Shown in pieces: positions 42,526 through 43,792 of a DNA stretch of 43,792 nucleotides. The notes under the pieces were generated by a model. It saw only the letters and a list, made by a program, of their open reading frames with translations. It made no database searches and was not told the origin of the DNA. The stretch covers positions 1-43,792 of the forward strand of contig QNBC01000001.1 of the NCBI GenBank assembly GCA_003641665.1, read 5' to 3'. The position numbers and the translations under genes were made by a program. The first letter of the stretch is position 1. Each line of letters begins with the position of its first letter. The stretch comes from a candidate division TA06 bacterium (GTDB taxonomy: Bacteria; Hydrothermota; 32-111; QNBC01).

Positions 42526-43394
42526 AACATTATCACAAGTTTAACGTAAAGATAGTAATAAACGAAGGGAACCATAAAAAGAAAACCGTCGAAACGATCC
42601 AAAAGCCCACCGTGTCCCGGTAAAAATTTTGACGAATCTTTGATGGCAATATCCCTTTTTATCAATGATTCGGTAAGATCCCCGATTTGGCTAAGTATCG
42701 ATCCGAATATACCTATTGTAAAAACATCAAAATAATTAAGCAAATTACCCGACAGTAGCTTAATAAGCAAAACAGCTACAATTGTAAAGACGACATTTCC
42801 GATAGCTCCCTCCCACGATTTTTTAGGACTAACCCGTGGGAGAAGTTTGTGTTTGCCAAAAGCTATTCCTATGAAATAAGCACCCGAATCACCTCCCCAT
42901 CCCATGAGAAATGGAAGTAATGTGAAATAAAAACCATTTATGTATGGCAGGTTAAAAACTCTCGGTAATTCTCTTAGAAAAACAAGATGCCCGAGAAGCC
43001 ATGGAATAAAAAACGCCCCCATTATCGTTGAAGAAATGTGATATATGGGTTTATCGGCTTTTTTTCGTGCCAATTCGAATATACTTATAACGAGATACCC
43101 CGTTGCAAGAGTTAGAAATAGGAAAAAATAACTCCTGTAGAACATTGTTATTACAATTACAGCCCCCATGATTGCACCGAACAGTTTGTGTGGAGCCATG
43201 TTTTTATATTCCAATATTTTAAGAAACTCGTAGGATGTGAATGCGCAGAGAAGAATAACGAATGTGGCATAAAAGTATGATCCGAGGTAGATGATGTAAA
43301 TAATGAGAGGAATCCAAAATATTGCGGTTAACCACCTTAATGTGAGTTCTTTCTTATTGAACTTTTTCTTTACCGGTATTTTTTCAGATTCCAC
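42522..43394 (-). CDS. cdsA: Phosphatidate cytidylyltransferase
   Basis: The CTP-transferase signature SQIGDLTESLIKRDIAIKDSSKFLPGHGGLLDRFDG is present. Polytopic. Confidence 0.9.
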   Translation of the reverse strand: MESEKIPVKKKFNKKELTLRWLTAIFWIPLIIYIIYLGSYFYATFVILLCAFTSYEFLKILEYKNMAPHKLFGAIMGAVIVITMFYRSYFFLFLTLATGYLVISIFELARKKADKPIYHISSTIMGAFFIPWLLGHLVFLRELPRVFNLPYINGFYFTLLPFLMGWGGDSGAYFIGIAFGKHKLLPRVSPKKSWEGAIGNVVFTIVAVLLIKLLSGNLLNYFDVFTIGIFGSILSQIGDLTESLIKRDIAIKDSSKFLPGHGGLLDRFDGFLFMVPFVYYYLYVKLVIML

Positions 43395-43792
43395 CGAATC
43401 TCCTCTTTCTATGTGAATAATCTTCTATTGCCTTTTTATATTCTTCTTTAGAAAAATCAGGCCATAAAATGTCGGTAAAATAAAATTCCGAATATGCAAT
43501 TTGCCAGAGGAGGAAATTTGAAATACGCATCTCTCCGCTTGTTCGGATAACGAGGTCAGGATCGGGAATGTCTTTTGTGTATAGGTATTTCTCAAATAAT
43601 TCCGGAGACAAGTCATCGGAAGGGATACCTCTTTCGATTATCCTTTTAACTCCGTTCACGATTTCCACTCTTCCACCGTAATTTATAGCAAGGAGAAGAT
43701 TAAGTCCCGTATTGTTAGCGGTTTCTTCTTCGATCCATCGGAACATATCAAGTACATCCGAGGGCATTCCGATTCTATCACCGATTATTTTA
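43384..43792 (-). CDS. uppS: Undecaprenyl-diphosphate synthase (cis-isoprenyl transferase), N-terminus outside the window
   Basis: Motifs AINYGGR and IRTSGEMRISNFLLWQIAYSEFYF. The frame stays open upstream of the track's internal Met (..KIIGDRIGMPSD..) to the window edge. Confidence 0.9.
   Translation of the reverse strand, partial: KIIGDRIGMPSDVLDMFRWIEEETANNTGLNLLLAINYGGRVEIVNGVKRIIERGIPSDDLSPELFEKYLYTKDIPDPDLVIRTSGEMRISNFLLWQIAYSEFYFTDILWPDFSKEEYKKAIEDYSHRKRRFGGI

Overview
AT-rich bacterial chromosomal window, apparently from a diderm anaerobe. Evidence for a diderm: a YidC with a large periplasmic domain, beta-barrel OMP candidates, a TonB C-terminal domain, and Slt and SPOR proteins. 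Evidence for an anaerobe: buk, FeoAB and a NapH-like polyferredoxin. An uncultivated FCB-type or Cloacimonadota-like lineage is only a guess. The content is mostly housekeeping.

The plus-strand block runs from about 1.7 to 22.6 kb: pfkA, manC, a SPOR lipoprotein, rdgB, four tRNAs (Pro-His-Arg-Lys), feoAB, an orphan sigma-54 response regulator heading an Slt/NHL/beta-barrel operon, pyk, DUF502, corC and dnaE.

The minus-strand block runs from 22.6 to 43.8 kb in two parts:
- The origin-type cluster rpmH-rnpA-yidD-yidC-jag-mnmE. rpmH is missing from the ORF track.
- A roughly 13 kb gap-free run: uppS-cdsA-dxr-rseP-OMP-prsW-recG-lipoprotein-yfhO-(SBP::TonB_C).

I saw no transposase, integrase, CRISPR array or recognisable defence gene. 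I cannot point to a clear-cut novel system. The best candidates are:
1. The envelope gene set at 28.2-36.4 kb. It holds a family-5 solute-binding lipoprotein fused to a TonB C-terminal domain, and a polytopic membrane protein with an acidic block followed by a 79-aa Lys/Thr tail encoded by a 72-nt tandem repeat. It also holds an unannotated 43-aa microprotein, a YfhO-like GT-C protein and two lipoproteins.
2. PrsW and RseP, the two protease types of the Bacillus RIP cascade, in one operon around a small beta-barrel that sits where bamA normally lies.
3. An orphan sigma-54 activator translationally coupled to cell-wall and envelope genes, preceded by a 30-bp tandem repeat.
4. Four transcription units whose -10 box sits 5-8 nt from an ATG with no SD, which suggests leaderless mRNAs.

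All family calls come from motif recognition by eye. No searches were run.
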